64,000 nucleotides of DNA from Bacteroidota bacterium (GTDB lineage Bacteria > Bacteroidota > Ignavibacteria > UBA10030 > UBA8401), in assembly GCA_035506275.1 (NCBI GenBank), contig DATJPT010000006.1, positions 13,019-77,018 on the forward strand. The letters run 5' to 3'. Below, piece after piece: positions 62,567-64,000 of the stretch (position 1 is the first letter of the stretch; every line of letters starts with the position of its first letter). Position numbers and translations under genes: made by a program. The notes under the pieces were generated by a model. It saw only the letters and a list, made by a program, of their open reading frames with translations. It had not been told where the DNA came from and did not search any database.

Positions 62567-64000
62567 CTACTCTTTATTGAGAAGGAGAGACAGTTGATCA
62601 ACATCTGTTGCGGGGAGCTCGCAAGTGTAATTTTCGCAGACATAGGCGGAGACGAGGCCGTTCTTCGGAGTCATTGAGGCGACGGCGGGAAGAAATTCCC
62701 CGAGGAATTTCTGACCTTCGGCTCCGTCCGCGCAAAGTACTACGGCGTTCGGGAGAAAATGCCTCGCAGCTTCTGTTGCGAATTCAGCGGTGCGCGGTGA
62801 ATCTGCGGGGCCGGAAATGACAATTTGCCTCGGAGTAGCGAGGAAAAAAATTGCGGCCGACATCATCTGTGGCATTGCGTGGGGGGATTGCTGCAGCGTT
62901 CCGGCAAAAAATCTCATCGCGGCTTCGGTGTACTTTTTCAAAAGACCATCGCCGGTGACCTGCGATAAGCGCATACCATTCAAGACTGCTACGGAATTTC
63001 CCGATGGTTCAGCACCGTCATATGCCTCTTTTGTCCGAAGCAGAACGGATTTGTCCTTTCCCGAAAAATCAAAAAATCCTCCCGACGATGAATCCCAGAA
63101 TAAAGAAATCTGAACGCCATGAAGCTCCAGCGCCAGCGTGAGCCACTTGATTTCAAAGGTCGCTTCATAGAGGTCGATCAGCCCCTGGATGAGAAAGGCA
63201 AAATCATCGAGCTGCGCTTCGAATTTTGCTTCTCCGTCCCGGTAGCGCCGGCGGAGTGTCTTCGTTTGCGGATCATAGAGCGTATGCGCCGCAAATTCGG
63301 CCGCATCCCGTGCTGCCTTAACAAAGCTCTCTTCATTCAGTATTCGCGAAGCCCTGGCGCATGCACTGATCATCAATCCATTCCATGCGGTGATGATCTT
63401 ATCGTCGCGCTGCGGCCTGGGACGCTGTGAGCGGATGTCAAACAAGATCCTCTTCCCTTCTTCCAGCATTTTTTGAACGGCAGACTCGTCGATCGAAAAG
63501 AAGTTCGCCGTCTGCGCAACCGTGAACGGCGCAAACAAAATATTCTTTCCACGGAATTCTTGCTGAGGATCCGACAGGGCATTCCCGAATTCATCGACCC
63601 CAAAATGATGACAGAATACTTTTGCATGTCCGGCAGGCAAAGCATTTTCTATCTCCTTCTTCGTCCAAAGATAAAAGGCCCCTTCGGAAGAATGTGCCGG
63701 ATTTTGAGGATCAGGACTGTCGGCATCTTCGGCTGAATAGAATCCTCCTTCACGTCCGGTCATTTCACGCAAAACATAGCCGAGGGTTTCACGGGCCACG
63801 CGGGCGAATGCTTCATCGTGCGTGATCTGAAAGGCGTCGAGATATGCATGAATCAGCTGCGCCTGGTCATACAGCATTTTTTCAAAATGGGGAACGCGCC
63901 ATTGGCCGTCGACCGAATAGCGATGGAACCCCCCGCCGACCTGATCATTCATCCCTCCGCGGGCCATTGCCTGAAGGGTCACAAGCGCCATCGTCAATGC
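62567..64000 (-). CDS. Thioredoxin-domain/DUF255 (YyaL-like) protein, C-terminal six-hairpin part; N-terminus lies beyond the right window edge
   Basis: The reading frame is open to the window end. Blocks GGMNDQVGGGFHRYSVDGQWRVPHFEKMLYDQA and DADSPD...EGAFYLW are typical of the YyaL/spermatogenesis-associated-20-like family. Confidence 0.8.
   Translation of the reverse strand, partial: ALTMALVTLQAMARGGMNDQVGGGFHRYSVDGQWRVPHFEKMLYDQAQLIHAYLDAFQITHDEAFARVARETLGYVLREMTGREGGFYSAEDADSPDPQNPAHSSEGAFYLWTKKEIENALPAGHAKVFCHHFGVDEFGNALSDPQQEFRGKNILFAPFTVAQTANFFSIDESAVQKMLEEGKRILFDIRSQRPRPQRDDKIITAWNGLMISACARASRILNEESFVKAARDAAEFAAHTLYDPQTKTLRRRYRDGEAKFEAQLDDFAFLIQGLIDLYEATFEIKWLTLALELHGVQISLFWDSSSGGFFDFSGKDKSVLLRTKEAYDGAEPSGNSVAVLNGMRLSQVTGDGLLKKYTEAAMRFFAGTLQQSPHAMPQMMSAAIFFLATPRQIVISGPADSPRTAEFATEAARHFLPNAVVLCADGAEGQKFLGEFLPAVASMTPKNGLVSAYVCENYTCELPATDVDQLSLLLNKE

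Noticed and set aside
1-64000. Search for CRISPR arrays, tRNA/rRNA genes, transposases, integrases, phage genes, reverse transcriptases, toxin-antitoxin pairs or known defense systems
   Set aside because: I saw no regularly spaced direct repeats, and no tRNA-like T-arm (GGTTCGAATCC-type) in any intergenic gap. No ORF has DDE, tyrosine-recombinase, RT or nuclease/ATPase defense signatures. The window looks like core chromosome rather than an accessory island.

Overview
This is a 64 kb chromosomal window that is gene-dense, with about 58 protein genes, mostly on the minus strand and often translationally coupled. By eye it is moderately GC-rich; I did not compute GC. Lineage markers point to the Fibrobacteres-Chlorobi-Bacteroidetes (FCB) superphylum, Ignavibacteria-like: a cargo protein with a T9SS C-terminal sorting domain, a PorV/PorQ-family barrel, an ExbB-ExbD-ExbD-TonB-PstS-like-TPR cluster, an efp-accB-accC operon, and a TAnnTTTG-type promoter box. 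Most of the content is housekeeping: uvrC, era, gcvH, accBC, efp, purM, valS, glyQS and deoC. I found no rRNA, tRNA, CRISPR array, transposase, integrase or phage genes, and no recognisable defense system. I do not see an unambiguous novel system. The most unusual items are listed below.
1. A stripped-down GspF/GspE pseudopilus operon (5840-11125) whose small subunits lack canonical prepilin signals.
2. A deoC with a roughly 70-aa N-terminal extension that looks like a bacterial-microcompartment encapsulation peptide, with no shell genes nearby.
3. A secreted caspase-fold/PEGA protein in which both catalytic residues are replaced.
4. An AMMECR1-Memo pair without its radical-SAM partner, coupled instead to DUF2520 and PHP-phosphatase genes.
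5. An M23 peptidase translationally coupled to an RCK K+ channel and a stand-alone cNMP-binding protein.
6. A T9SS cargo gene whose signal peptide lies upstream of the only canonical start codon.
All functional calls come from motif recognition by eye on the supplied translations. No database search was run.
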